A DNA stretch of 64,000 nucleotides from a bacterium (GCA_043825615.1 JBDRRS010000013.1:68325-132324), one strand, 5' to 3'. Counted from the stretch's first letter, positions 46,651 through 56,777 are shown. A program made the numbers and translations. Notes: generated by a model from the letters alone, not told the origin.

Positions 46651-47522
46651 CTTATGACTTTTGTCAGCGGATACTCTATAATGTCCGTGGCTCCGGCTTT
46701 TTTAAGGCGGGGAATTATTTCCCTGACTTTTTTCTCAGGCAGAACAACTTCCATTGCCATCCAGCCGGTATCTGATAATTGTGAAATCGTCGGTTTCTTT
46801 CCTGCCGGAAGAATTTTTCTGAAATCATCAAGTTGCAAACTTTTAAGATTCCATTTAAGACCCACAACTCCCTCTGCCGTCAATGCCCCCTGTAACAGCA
46901 TTGCTATGTCTTCCATCTTCTGCCTCTTCCACTTATCCGCGTAAGCGCGGGGACTGCAGATAAATCTCGTCGTGGAAGTCAGAACCTCGGCAATTACCCG
47001 CAAGCGGTTCTGCCTCAGCGATTCCCCCGTTTCCGTTAATTCAAAAATCGCATCGGCGAGCGTCCCGGCTTTTGTTTCGGTGGCGCCCCACGAAAAATCA
47101 ATCTTCGCCTTTATGCCTTTCTTTAAAAGCCACTTTTTCAGGACATCCATCAGTTCCGTTGATATTCTTTTGCCGTTAAGCTGCTCTACGCGTTTTATTT
47201 TTGAGTCATCCGGCACGGCAAGCACCCATTTTGCAGGCAAACAAGAATTCTTTGAATAGTTGAGTTCGCAGATTTCCTTAACTTTCAGACCGCTTTCGCA
47301 AATCCAGTCAAAACCGGTCACACCGCAGTCAACGACTCCGTCCGTCACGTATTTCGCCATTTCCTGCGGCCTGATTAAAAGAACGTCCAGTTCTTCGTCG
47401 TCGCAGGACGGCTTGTACGAGCGCGACACCCGTGATATTTCAAATCCGGCTGACCTGAAAAGCGAAACCGTCGCTTCTTCCAAAGAACCCTTCGGGATTC
47501 CGATTTTTAAAATTTTTTTCAT
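46647..47522 (-). CDS. hisG: ATP phosphoribosyltransferase, long form
   Basis: 291 aa. 'LKIGIPKGSLEE' N-terminus, 'DCGVTGFDWI' and a C-terminal regulatory domain. Overlaps the gltX start. Confidence 0.8.
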   Translation of the reverse strand: MKKILKIGIPKGSLEEATVSLFRSAGFEISRVSRSYKPSCDDEELDVLLIRPQEMAKYVTDGVVDCGVTGFDWICESGLKVKEICELNYSKNSCLPAKWVLAVPDDSKIKRVEQLNGKRISTELMDVLKKWLLKKGIKAKIDFSWGATETKAGTLADAIFELTETGESLRQNRLRVIAEVLTSTTRFICSPRAYADKWKRQKMEDIAMLLQGALTAEGVVGLKWNLKSLQLDDFRKILPAGKKPTISQLSDTGWMAMEVVLPEKKVREIIPRLKKAGATDIIEYPLTKVIR

Positions 47523-47537
47523 TTTGTTTTCTCCCCG

Positions 47538-49436
47538 CTATATCCTCATTTCATAAATAATAGCATCTTCCCTGGGATAACCGAAATAGTCCTTTCTCAA
47601 ACCGACCTTTTTGAAGCCGGCGCCAGCAACCAACCGCTGCATAAATGTTGCCGAAACCCTCACTTCAAGATACGCCGTTTTGCACTCAAAGGTCTTTGCC
47701 TTTTTTAGAATTTCACAGAGAAGAATTTTTCCGACGCCTTTGCGGCGTTCCTCCGGCGCGACGGCAAAGTTGATTATATGCGCTTTCCCGGCGACTGTCC
47801 AGAAGACGGCGTAACCAAACAATTTAAAAGGGTCATGCTCACCCCATTTCCCAAAAATGCAGAAGAGTTTTGAAACCGATATCGACAGTTCTTCTTTAAA
47901 CATCTGCCTGCCCCACGGCCTTTGAAACGACGCTTCTTCAACAGACATAACCTCCGGAATATTATCCTCTTTAAACGGCCTTATCTCATATCTGAAATTT
48001 TCAATCTTTATTTCCCTGATTTCCGGAGGAGCGGACGCCTCCGGCGGTGAAGACGCTTCGGCGCGCAACGCCTCAATCCTCCTCTCCAGACGGTCTATTT
48101 CCTCTACCCCCTGTAACTTCTGGTGGTTCATTTCCCTGATCTCAAACTCAACATGCTTCAGTTCGTCCTCTTTTTTCCTCCGCATTTCCGAGAGGTGTCC
48201 CAGCATCCCTTCTTCTTTCCGGATTCCTGAAAAGACCTTCTCAAAACGGGCGGATGCAATCTCGTCAAGTTCTTTTGAATATTTTGAGACCTCTTCCCTT
48301 AAATTTTCAACCTCGCTCCGCAGAGAATCTCTCTGTTTAACGTAAAGCGCAATTTCATCCGAAATCTCCGGCGGCAATTCCTTCAGCTTTTCAAGGTTCC
48401 CGCGTTTTTCTTTTATCTTATCCTCAAAGAAAGCGACCCTTTGTTTTAAATTGTTTATAATCTCGTTAAGATTAGACATTATATTTCTCTGCTGTTTGAC
48501 CGATTCGGAGTAAGCAGTTCTTTTCGCGCTCAAAACCGAAATTTCCTCATTCAAACGGTCTGTTTCACCTTTAACGGCATTCTTCTTTCTCAGCAGAGCG
48601 TCGGCGCCGATGCTGATATCGTTAAGCCGGCGTTCCTGCTTTTCCGCAGACCTGTTTAACCTTTCAACCTCTGTCAGAAGACGCTGCTTTTCTTCCTGAA
48701 TCTCTGCCAGAATACTCCGCTTTTTTTCTTTTATTTCTTTTATGCCGGCGAACTCTCTTTCCATTTTTTCTCTCCATTTTTCCGCCCCTAAATAACACGG
48801 CAGAATGTCATTAAACTGATATGCCTTGACAAAACCTTCCCCTGAAAACGCAATCATTTTCTCCACGACTTTTTCTATGCCGGCCGCTTCAAAAATAAAA
48901 TTCCTCTCTTTAATTTGCGCCGTGTCATTTTCGGACAGGTCTCCGCAAAAATGTATTTCATCCTTTGAGTCATTAAGAAAATCCAGCCACTCCGACAGCG
49001 CCACGATATAATCATCCTCTTTCTTCCTCCCGTCCTCAAAAAGCGTGGCGTAAACAAGCCCGTTGCCGGCGTCAATAAGCGGCGAAAACAAACGCCGTGA
49101 TGCGCCGGTGTTTTCCTGCACGGAAAGAATATCCAATGACTTGACGGGAACAACCGGAATTTTCAACTGCTGTGAAATCACCCTGGCGAACGTTACGCCG
49201 ACTCTCACCCCCGTAAACGACCCTGGCCCGACATCAACAAAAATTCTTCTTATCCCTTCCGCAGGAAACTCGGCGGTCAATTCGTCGTAACTGTCAAAAA
49301 AATTCTCGATTCGAGCTCCGGTGCGGGGTATTTTTATCTTGCGGCGGAGACCGTCGGCGGCGGCAAAACCGAAATTCCTGTATGATGTCGTAACAAAAAA
49401 ATCACTCATTCTGTCCCTTTTTTCTCCTGCAGTCAA
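47538..49436 (-). CDS. tsaB-rimI: TsaB (YeaZ) - ~270-aa coiled coil - RimI (GNAT) tripartite fusion
   Basis: N-terminus 'IFVDVGPGSFTGVRVGVTFARVISQQLKIPVVPV' is TsaB. The middle is an E/K/R/L-rich coiled coil. The C-terminus 'RRKGVGKILLCEILKKAK' is the GNAT motif A of RimI. Confidence 0.75.
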   Translation of the reverse strand: MTAGEKRDRMSDFFVTTSYRNFGFAAADGLRRKIKIPRTGARIENFFDSYDELTAEFPAEGIRRIFVDVGPGSFTGVRVGVTFARVISQQLKIPVVPVKSLDILSVQENTGASRRLFSPLIDAGNGLVYATLFEDGRKKEDDYIVALSEWLDFLNDSKDEIHFCGDLSENDTAQIKERNFIFEAAGIEKVVEKMIAFSGEGFVKAYQFNDILPCYLGAEKWREKMEREFAGIKEIKEKKRSILAEIQEEKQRLLTEVERLNRSAEKQERRLNDISIGADALLRKKNAVKGETDRLNEEISVLSAKRTAYSESVKQQRNIMSNLNEIINNLKQRVAFFEDKIKEKRGNLEKLKELPPEISDEIALYVKQRDSLRSEVENLREEVSKYSKELDEIASARFEKVFSGIRKEEGMLGHLSEMRRKKEDELKHVEFEIREMNHQKLQGVEEIDRLERRIEALRAEASSPPEASAPPEIREIKIENFRYEIRPFKEDNIPEVMSVEEASFQRPWGRQMFKEELSISVSKLFCIFGKWGEHDPFKLFGYAVFWTVAGKAHIINFAVAPEERRKGVGKILLCEILKKAKTFECKTAYLEVRVSATFMQRLVAGAGFKKVGLRKDYFGYPREDAIIYEMRI

Positions 49437-49887
49437 ATATCTTTATCCGCCTTTTCCCCTCGCCGTTGTATTCCATATCAACGAGGAAAAATTTCCTGAA
49501 ATAACCGATAAATATCTCGGGCCACTCAATTGCAAAAACCGCATTCTCCCTGAAAATATCTTCTATGCCCGTCCCTATCACTTCCTCATACTTTTTCAGC
49601 CGGTAAAAATCAATATGGAAAATTATGCTCTTCCCCGCATACCTGTTTATTATCTTGTAACTCGGGCTGTGGACTTCCCCGGCGCATTCCAGACGCTCCG
49701 CAATGCCCCTGACAAAAGTCGTTTTCCCGCTCCCCAGTTCCCCTGTTAAAAGCACAAAGACACCCGGTTCCAGGGTTTCCGAAAAACTCCGTGCCGTTTT
49801 AAGAGTTTCTTCGGTTGACGAACTCTCCGAATTCAATATCTCATTTATTGAAATGCCTGAATTCTTTAAAAACTGCTCTATCTCCAT
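49402..49887 (-). CDS. tsaE: tRNA threonylcarbamoyladenosine biosynthesis ATPase TsaE (YjeE)
   Basis: 161 aa. 'LTGELGSGKTTFVRG' P-loop and the 'HSPSY' motif. Confidence 0.8.
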   Translation of the reverse strand: MEIEQFLKNSGISINEILNSESSSTEETLKTARSFSETLEPGVFVLLTGELGSGKTTFVRGIAERLECAGEVHSPSYKIINRYAGKSIIFHIDFYRLKKYEEVIGTGIEDIFRENAVFAIEWPEIFIGYFRKFFLVDMEYNGEGKRRIKIFDCRRKKGQNE

Positions 49888-50593
49888 CTACAAAAACACC
49901 TCTCCCTTTTGTAACGCTTCCTATCTTGAAGACCTTCGGTTTTATTTTAGCAAATTTTGCAGGCGAGGCCGTCCCGAGAAGATAATAATCCTCGCCCCCC
50001 GTCAAAGCAAACTTCAATGCGGTTTTCCTGTGGCGGCAAAATTTCAGGAGAGAGCCCTTGAGCGGCACTTTTCCGCTTTCTATGTTTATTCCCGCATTGC
50101 TTGCGGCGGCGATCATCCGGCAGGATGCAATCAAACCGTCGCTTGAGTCAATGAGGGAATTCGCAAACGAAGCAATACCGGCAGCCATTTCCGGATGAAT
50201 CTGCGGGTAAAGAAAACTTCTCGTCAGTTCATTGCCTTTTTTCCCGGCGGTGAGTGACTTCAGACCCGCAGAACTCAGACCGGGATATCCGGTGATGAAA
50301 ACAATGTCCCCCGGCTTTGCGCCGCGTCTTCTGATAACTTTTTTCCCGAAACCCAGCGCGCACACCGAAACAAAGAGCCTGCGGCTTTTTACAATGTCGC
50401 CGCCGGCCACTTTCAGACCCCACTTTTTACATGCCTTTTTTATTCCTGTGTAAATTCCGAGAGCGGTTTCTTCCGGAACCTTCCCCGTTAAACCAAGAGA
50501 AACAAGAATGTATCCCGGTTTAACCCCCATCGCAACAATGTCCGAGGCGGCGCCGGCCACCGACCTGAACCCGACCGCATCCAGAGGCACCAA
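49841..50593 (-). CDS. thiL: thiamine-monophosphate kinase; C-terminal ~250 aa from the first ATG, with N-terminal homology continuing upstream without a canonical start
   Basis: The AIR-synthase-related fold 'SDIVAMGVKPGY' is present. Upstream, in frame to ~50832, translation gives 'EFQIIDRIFGYL..GDDATVFDL..VVSVDSFVDGTHF' (the ThiL N-terminus). There is no ATG/GTG/TTG between that block and an in-frame TGA. Confidence 0.65.
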   Translation of the reverse strand: MVPLDAVGFRSVAGAASDIVAMGVKPGYILVSLGLTGKVPEETALGIYTGIKKACKKWGLKVAGGDIVKSRRLFVSVCALGFGKKVIRRRGAKPGDIVFITGYPGLSSAGLKSLTAGKKGNELTRSFLYPQIHPEMAAGIASFANSLIDSSDGLIASCRMIAAASNAGINIESGKVPLKGSLLKFCRHRKTALKFALTGGEDYYLLGTASPAKFAKIKPKVFKIGSVTKGRGVFVDGDRAVFKEFRHFNK

Positions 50594-50804
50594 GCTGTTA
50601 AAATGAGTTCCGTCAACGAATGAATCAACCGAAACGACCGCCTTGACGGTTCCTAAATCAAAAACAGTCGCATCGTCGCCGACATCGTGTAAAAAGCCGC
50701 CCTTTTTTAGATAACCGAAGATCCGGTCTATTATCTGAAATTCTTTGTTATGCGCAGAAATATCCTGATATTCCGCCTTTTTCTTTTTTAACTTGTTTTT
50801 TTGT

Positions 50805-51065
50805 TTACGAAGCGGGCGCCTCCGGCGTTGCCTCTTCTTTCTTCATTTCTTCTTTTTCTTTCTTTTCCGCCGCATTCTCTTTTATTGCGCTGATCCCCGC
50901 CGCAATTGCAATGATGCCTCCAAAAACCAAACCGAGAGAAACGCTGCCTTTAAGAACAATAAGGACATCATTTCCCGCAAAACCGAGAATACCCGGGATA
51001 ATCCACAACACACCGACCGCGGCAGCAATCAACCCGCCGATAATACTAAGCATTTTGCCTCCCAT
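50805..51065 (-). CDS. small hydrophobic membrane protein with K/E-rich tail
   Basis: 86 aa with two predicted TM segments. Confidence 0.35.
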   Translation of the reverse strand: MGGKMLSIIGGLIAAAVGVLWIIPGILGFAGNDVLIVLKGSVSLGLVFGGIIAIAAGISAIKENAAEKKEKEEMKKEEATPEAPAS

Positions 51066-51154
51066 CCGCTTTATGCGGTATAAAGCGCTTTTGCACTTAT
51101 TACGCTTAAAATCATTTTATAACTATTATATTTTCTTGTCAAGAACCCCGTTTT

Positions 51155-51988
51155 TTGCTAACCTTTTCTATGAGTAAAATTCTGTTTATCGGATGCGGAA
51201 ATATGGGCGAAGCAATACTGAGTTCAATGCTAAACTCCAAAATCTACGAGCCGGCTGAAATACTCGTAAGCGAGAAAGACACATCAAAAATAAAATCCGT
51301 TTCGGAAACATACGGAATTAGATGCATCCGTCCCGATGAAATAAAAACCTGCGGGAAAACATTTGAAACCGTGATTCTTGCCGTAAAGCCCCAGAATTCA
51401 AAAGAACTTCCGGAGATTTTAAGGTCTCTGAACTTCGACCTGCTCATAACGATTCTTGCAGGAATAAAATGCGATTTTTTCACGCGCAATCTCGGGGAAA
51501 TCCCTGTTTTGCGGGTTATGCCGAACATCTGTATAAAGGTCTCAAAATCCGTAAGCGGCCTTTTTGCAAATAAAGCGTTTCTGCAAAGTCCTGAAAAAAA
51601 CCGGTTCAGAGAAACCGCCGACAAAATTTTCACATCCTGCGGACAAGTGCTCTGGGTGGAGAACGAAGAAGTTCTTGACAAGATTACCGCCGTTTCGGGT
51701 TCTGGACCCGCTTATGTATGCTATTTTATCGAGGCGCTGAAGGAAGCGGCCGAAGATGCGGGTTTTACGGAAGAGGAGTCCGAAAAACTGGCTTTTTCCA
51801 CATTTGAAGGAACCGTTGAATTCCTCAACCGGACGGGAACAGCACCACGCGAACTGCGGAAGAAAGTGTCTTCGCCGGGAGGCACGACGGAGAAAGCGGT
51901 AGATTATTTTGAAAGCCGTGGACTAAAAAAAATCATACGGGATGCAGTACAAAACGCCTTCAAAAAGGCGCAGGAATTAGGAAAATAA
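51155..51988 (+). CDS. proC: pyrroline-5-carboxylate reductase
   Basis: 'ILFIGCGNMGEAI' Rossmann N-terminus and the C-terminal 'SPGGTTEKAV' dimerisation-domain motif. Confidence 0.85.
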   Translation: MLTFSMSKILFIGCGNMGEAILSSMLNSKIYEPAEILVSEKDTSKIKSVSETYGIRCIRPDEIKTCGKTFETVILAVKPQNSKELPEILRSLNFDLLITILAGIKCDFFTRNLGEIPVLRVMPNICIKVSKSVSGLFANKAFLQSPEKNRFRETADKIFTSCGQVLWVENEEVLDKITAVSGSGPAYVCYFIEALKEAAEDAGFTEEESEKLAFSTFEGTVEFLNRTGTAPRELRKKVSSPGGTTEKAVDYFESRGLKKIIRDAVQNAFKKAQELGK

Positions 51989-52004
51989 AATAAGCGCTTA
52001 TAAA

Positions 52005-52114
52005 AGCGAGCGGTTTTTGGCAAGCGGGGGCTGTGTGAGCGAGGGATTTGCAGAATGCCCGTAGCGAACCCAGAGCGAACTTTAAAAGCGTCCCCGCTGG
52101 CAAAACCGCGAGCA
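52005..52114. repeat. GC-rich intergenic repeat, copy 2 (see 6975..7089)
   Basis: Near-identical to copy 1, minus a 15-nt internal segment. Lies between proC and the yggT-like gene. Confidence 0.6.
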
Positions 52115-52167
52115 GTTGGTTACAGCAAAATGCTGTATTAGGAACCGTCCCTAATTTAGGAGGAAAA

Positions 52168-52440
52168 ATGTTAAATTTTATCGGACATCTGATAAACAGT
52201 CTGCTTCTTCTGATTCTGCTTATTATGGTCGCTGACCTGATTATCCGCCGCACTCTCATAAAATCAGGGAAAGACATTGAGAGCATTCCGGCCGGGCCGC
52301 TACTTCGGGACATAACAGCGGTGGCGCTGGCCCTGCTGCGAAAAGTTATCCCGATTGAGGAAACCAAGATACTGCAGAGTGTTGCAATTGCCGCGATTCT
52401 TGTCCTGATGTTTCTGATAAAAATAATTGTAATTCACTGA
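52168..52440 (+). CDS. yggT: YggT-family small membrane protein (classic proC neighbour)
   Basis: 90 aa. Two TM segments flanking 'LRDITAVALALLRKVIPIEE'. AGGAGG SD 4 nt upstream of the ATG. Confidence 0.5.
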   Translation: MLNFIGHLINSLLLLILLIMVADLIIRRTLIKSGKDIESIPAGPLLRDITAVALALLRKVIPIEETKILQSVAIAAILVLMFLIKIIVIH

Positions 52441-53420
52441 TGCTCGAACCCGTTGTCTTCAGGGGCAAAACGGTTATTCTTCTCGACCAGAGAAAACTGC
52501 CCGGAAAAATATGCTATGTCCGCGTAAAAACCGCGGCATCGCTGGCAAAAGCAATAAAAGATATGGCCGTCAGGGGAGCGCCGGCAATCGGCGTCGCCGC
52601 CGCCTACGGAATGGTTCTCGGCAGAAAAAACATAAAAAAATCGGCGCAAATTCTGCTGAAATCCAGGCCGACGGCGGTAAACCTGAAATGGGCGGTGGAA
52701 AGAATGCTTACGGCAGGAGCTAGAGCTTTTGAACCTCTTCTGAAAGAGGCGAAAAAAATAGACAGCGAAAACAAAAACCTCTGCGAAAAAATTTCAACTT
52801 ACGGAGCGGCGCTCATCGGAAAGAATGCGAAAGTCATGACGCACTGCAACGCCGGACCGCTGGCGACGGGCGGGATAGGAACCGCTCTCGGGATAATTTA
52901 TAAAGCGCGTCGCAAAATCAAAATGGTTTACGTCGGGGAAACGAGACCGCGGCTCCAGGGAGCGCGCCTTACGGCTCTCGAACTGCGCAGGTGGAAAATT
53001 CCCTGCACGCTTATTACCGACAGTTCCGCCGCGTTCATTATGAAAAAATCCGCAATTGATTCGGTTATCATCGGGGCGGACAGAATCGCCGCAAACGGCG
53101 ATGTGGCAAATAAAATCGGGTCATATTCTCTCGCGGTTTGCGCAAAATACCACAACGTCCCGTTTTATGTGGCGGCTCCTTATTCTACGATTGATTTTAA
53201 TTCAAAAGACGGAGGTAAAATTGCGATAGAGGAACGGGACAGCGGCGAAATCCTTAAAATCAACGGCAAAAACATCGCTGCCGCCGGCATAAAAGCCGCA
53301 AATCCCGCTTTTGACGTAACCCCCGCCTCTCTTGTGACGGCAATCATCACGGAAAAAGGAATAATAAAAAGCCCTGACAGAAAAAAAATGAGTAAATTTT
53401 ATGGGAAAACCCGAGTTTAA
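52440..53420 (+). CDS. mtnA: methylthioribose-1-phosphate isomerase (eIF-2B alpha/beta/delta-like)
   Basis: 'RGAPAIGVAAAYGM', 'HCNAGPLATGGIGTALGII' and 'GADRIAANGDVANKIGSY' motifs. Confidence 0.8.
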   Translation: MLEPVVFRGKTVILLDQRKLPGKICYVRVKTAASLAKAIKDMAVRGAPAIGVAAAYGMVLGRKNIKKSAQILLKSRPTAVNLKWAVERMLTAGARAFEPLLKEAKKIDSENKNLCEKISTYGAALIGKNAKVMTHCNAGPLATGGIGTALGIIYKARRKIKMVYVGETRPRLQGARLTALELRRWKIPCTLITDSSAAFIMKKSAIDSVIIGADRIAANGDVANKIGSYSLAVCAKYHNVPFYVAAPYSTIDFNSKDGGKIAIEERDSGEILKINGKNIAAAGIKAANPAFDVTPASLVTAIITEKGIIKSPDRKKMSKFYGKTRV

Positions 53421-56139
53421 GATTCTTCTGCCGAAAACGTCCTTTTCAATGAAGGCGAACCTCAAAGAAAAGGAACCGGAAATCCAGAAATTCTGGCGGA
53501 AAATCGACATTTACAATTTAATTCTTGAAAAAAACTCGCAGAAGCCCGCTTTTATCCTGCACGACGGCCCGCCTTACGCAAACGGGCACATACACATGGG
53601 CCACGCCCTGAACAAAATTCTGAAGGACATCCTCGTAAAATACAAAAATATTTCCGGCTGGGCCGCGCCGTTTGTTCCCGGCTGGGACTGTCACGGTCTG
53701 CCGATAGAATACCAGCTGTTCAAGGAACTTGGGGTTAAAAAATCCGAAATCCCGCAAATTGAATTCAGAGAAAAAGCCGTGGCATTCGTAAAAAATTATC
53801 TCAATATACAAATGAGGGAATTCATCCGTCTCGGCATATTCGCCGATTGGAAAAGACCGTACCTGACGATGCAGAAAAGTTACGAGGCGGCAATTCTTGA
53901 GACCTTCGCGGAACTTGTTGAAAAGAAATTCATCTACCGCGGGGAAAAACCGATTCACTGGTGCCCTTCCTGCGAAACCGCCCTTGCCGAAGCCGAGGTG
54001 GAATACAAAGATATAACATCCCCCTCAATATATGTCCTTTTCGAGTGTCGCGACATGAAAGGCGTCAGCGCCCTCGTCTGGACGACAACGCCGTGGACTC
54101 TTCCCGCAAATGCCGCTCTGGCTTTCAACGATAATTTTCTCTATTCGGTGATTTCGGCGAATGTAAACGGCCGGCAGCTGCGGCTGCTGACGGTTGATGA
54201 AAAAGCCGGCGAAGTTCTTGAGAAAATCGGAGCCGCGGATTACAAAATAATTTCGCAAAACAAAGGAAGTCATTTCGCGGGGATGAAATTCAAACACCCG
54301 TTCCTTGAAAAGAAAAGCGTCGGAATCACGGCGGACTTCGTAGAAAAACAGGAAGGAACGGGAATCGTCCACATTGCGCCCGGGCACGGTGAAGACGATT
54401 ACCGCGCAGGGCTCAAATACGGCCTGCCCATCTTCTCGCCGGTTGACGAAAAAGGGGTGTTTACCGGAGATGCCGGATTGCTGAAAGATGAATTTGTTTT
54501 TAAGGCGGACGAAAAAATAATAGAACTCCTTGAAAAAAAAGGAACTCTCCTGAAATCAGAGAAAATAACGCACTCCTACCCGCACTGCTGGAGATGCAAG
54601 AAGCCGATAATTTTCCGGGCGACGCCGCAGTGGTTTATTTCGATCGACCGCAACGGTTTGAGAAAAAAACTTTTGGATGAAATCGCCCGCGTGGAATGGG
54701 TGCCGGAGGATGGGCTCAAAAGAATAACGTCGATGGTCGAATACAGGCCGGATTGGTGCATTTCAAGACAGCGCCTCTGGGGCGTTCCGATTCCTGTTTT
54801 CTACTGTAAAAAATGCGGGAAACCGTTGCTCGACGCAAAGATTATCCGGCGGCTGGCAACGCTGGTGCGGGCGGCGGGAAGTGAAATTCTGCTGAAAGAT
54901 AAACTTCCCCTTGAACTGAAATGCTCCTGCGAAAGCAGTGATTTCAGAAGAGAAAACGATATCCTTGACGTGTGGTTTGATTCCGGAGTAAGTCATCACA
55001 TCTTGCGGGAACGAGAGGGGCATAAATACCCCGCAGATGCGTATCTTGAAGGAAGCGACCAGCACAGGGGATGGTTCCAGACGTCTTTGATTCTCGCCTG
55101 CATTACGACGGGGGATGCCCCTTACAGAACCGTTCTTACCCACGGTTTTGTCGTTGACGGGACGGGGCAGAAAATGTCGAAGTCGGTCGGAAACGTCATA
55201 ACGCCTCAGGAGATAATTGACAAATCCGGCGCCGACATTCTGCGGCTGTGGGTCGCCTCGCAGGACTACTCCGCCGACATGCGGATTTCGGACGAAATAA
55301 TAAAGTCATGCGTTGAAAGTTACAGGAAAATCAGAAACACCTTCAGATTCCTGCTCGGCAACCTCCGCGGCTGGAACCCTCAAATGGAAATAGAATTTGA
55401 AAAAATGAAAGAAGTTGACAGATGGATTCTCATACGGCTGGAGGAAACAAAGAAAAAAGTAACCGCCGATTACGAGGCGTATAATTTTTCATCGGCCTTC
55501 CACCGTATATTTCTTTTTATGAATTCCGAACTCTCCTCTTTTTATCTTGACATTCTGAAGGACCGTCTTTATACGCTCGGGGAATCCTGGAGAGAAAGAA
55601 AGAGCGCGCAGACGGCTTTGTGGCATCTTCTGAAAAATCTTGTCATTCTGCTCGGACCCATCCTTTCTCACACCGCCGAAGAAATATGGGCGACGGTAAA
55701 CCGTGAAATTATAACTCTGAGCAAAAGCGTTTTCCCGGAGGAAATCCCCTGCGAAAAATTTTTTGAAACCGCCGAATGGAAAAACAAATGGGCATTCCTG
55801 ATGAAGGTGCGTGAAATTGCCTTAAAAGCGATTGAAATTGCCAGAGAAAAGGGAGAAATCGGCAACCCTCTCGAAGCGGGCGTCTGGGTAAAAACCTCTT
55901 CCGCGGAGGAGCAAAATATCCTGGCCGAATTTAATAAAGAAGACCTGAAAGAAATGCTTCTTGTTTCGGAAATCCGGATGCCCGAAGAAAACGAAATTAT
56001 TTCAAGCCACCGGCAGAATGACATTGAGGTTTCGGTCTTTGCGGCGGGAGGAGAAAAATGCAAGAGATGCTGGCGGAAAACGAAAGACACAAAAGACGGG
56101 CTCTGCAAAAGATGCAGGGATGTGCTGGGAATTTCGTAG
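53401..56139 (+). CDS. ileS: isoleucine--tRNA ligase (type 1, C-terminal zinc finger)
   Basis: 912 aa. HIGH 'HMGHALNK', KMSKS 'KMSKSVGN', C-terminal 'CKRCWRK...CKRCRD'. Confidence 0.9.
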   Translation: MGKPEFKILLPKTSFSMKANLKEKEPEIQKFWRKIDIYNLILEKNSQKPAFILHDGPPYANGHIHMGHALNKILKDILVKYKNISGWAAPFVPGWDCHGLPIEYQLFKELGVKKSEIPQIEFREKAVAFVKNYLNIQMREFIRLGIFADWKRPYLTMQKSYEAAILETFAELVEKKFIYRGEKPIHWCPSCETALAEAEVEYKDITSPSIYVLFECRDMKGVSALVWTTTPWTLPANAALAFNDNFLYSVISANVNGRQLRLLTVDEKAGEVLEKIGAADYKIISQNKGSHFAGMKFKHPFLEKKSVGITADFVEKQEGTGIVHIAPGHGEDDYRAGLKYGLPIFSPVDEKGVFTGDAGLLKDEFVFKADEKIIELLEKKGTLLKSEKITHSYPHCWRCKKPIIFRATPQWFISIDRNGLRKKLLDEIARVEWVPEDGLKRITSMVEYRPDWCISRQRLWGVPIPVFYCKKCGKPLLDAKIIRRLATLVRAAGSEILLKDKLPLELKCSCESSDFRRENDILDVWFDSGVSHHILREREGHKYPADAYLEGSDQHRGWFQTSLILACITTGDAPYRTVLTHGFVVDGTGQKMSKSVGNVITPQEIIDKSGADILRLWVASQDYSADMRISDEIIKSCVESYRKIRNTFRFLLGNLRGWNPQMEIEFEKMKEVDRWILIRLEETKKKVTADYEAYNFSSAFHRIFLFMNSELSSFYLDILKDRLYTLGESWRERKSAQTALWHLLKNLVILLGPILSHTAEEIWATVNREIITLSKSVFPEEIPCEKFFETAEWKNKWAFLMKVREIALKAIEIAREKGEIGNPLEAGVWVKTSSAEEQNILAEFNKEDLKEMLLVSEIRMPEENEIISSHRQNDIEVSVFAAGGEKCKRCWRKTKDTKDGLCKRCRDVLGIS

Positions 56140-56303
56140 TGGCTGGCGGAGCCGCTCGCGGTTTTGCCGGCGGCGGAGCTGCCTTCCGGAGACACTCACG
56201 TCTGCGGCTCGCTCCGCAATCCTGCGGGCATACTGTCAAACTCCTCGGATTGACGGCTCCGTCAGACACCATCCGCCGCCTTATTTTTGACGGTAGAATA
56301 TAA

Positions 56304-56771
56304 ATGCTGAACAATAAGTTGAAAAATAAAAAGAAATTTCTGTTTTTGATTCTGGTTCTTTTTTTGCTGGACCGCCTTACGAAAGAAATTGTAAGAGCCG
56401 CTATACCCCTCAATTTTTCCATCCCCGTACTCAAGAATTCTTTCCACATCACACACATCACGAACACGGGAATCGCCTTCGGCCTTGCGCGCAATAACAA
56501 TCAGCTTTTTTTAATTTTAAGCGGCGCAATCCTTCTGCTTCTGATTTTATTCTTTGTTAAATCAGAAAAAAGAAGCGAACTTGTGCCGGTCTCACTGATA
56601 ATAGCGGGCGCTGCGGGAAATATCCTTGACAGAATCGTTTACGGAAGCGTCTGCGATTTTCTGGATTTCAGAATCTGGCCCGTTTTCAATCTCGCCGATT
56701 CCTTCATAACAATAGGCGGAGTCGTCCTGTTTTACCTGGAATTTCTAAAGAAACCCCGGACAGACATTTAG
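56304..56771 (+). CDS. lspA: lipoprotein signal peptidase II
   Basis: 'NTGIAFGL' and 'VFNLADSFITIGGVVL' catalytic-Asp motifs. Four TM segments. Confidence 0.85.
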   Translation: MLNNKLKNKKKFLFLILVLFLLDRLTKEIVRAAIPLNFSIPVLKNSFHITHITNTGIAFGLARNNNQLFLILSGAILLLLILFFVKSEKRSELVPVSLIIAGAAGNILDRIVYGSVCDFLDFRIWPVFNLADSFITIGGVVLFYLEFLKKPRTDI

Positions 56772-56777
56772 ACGCTG

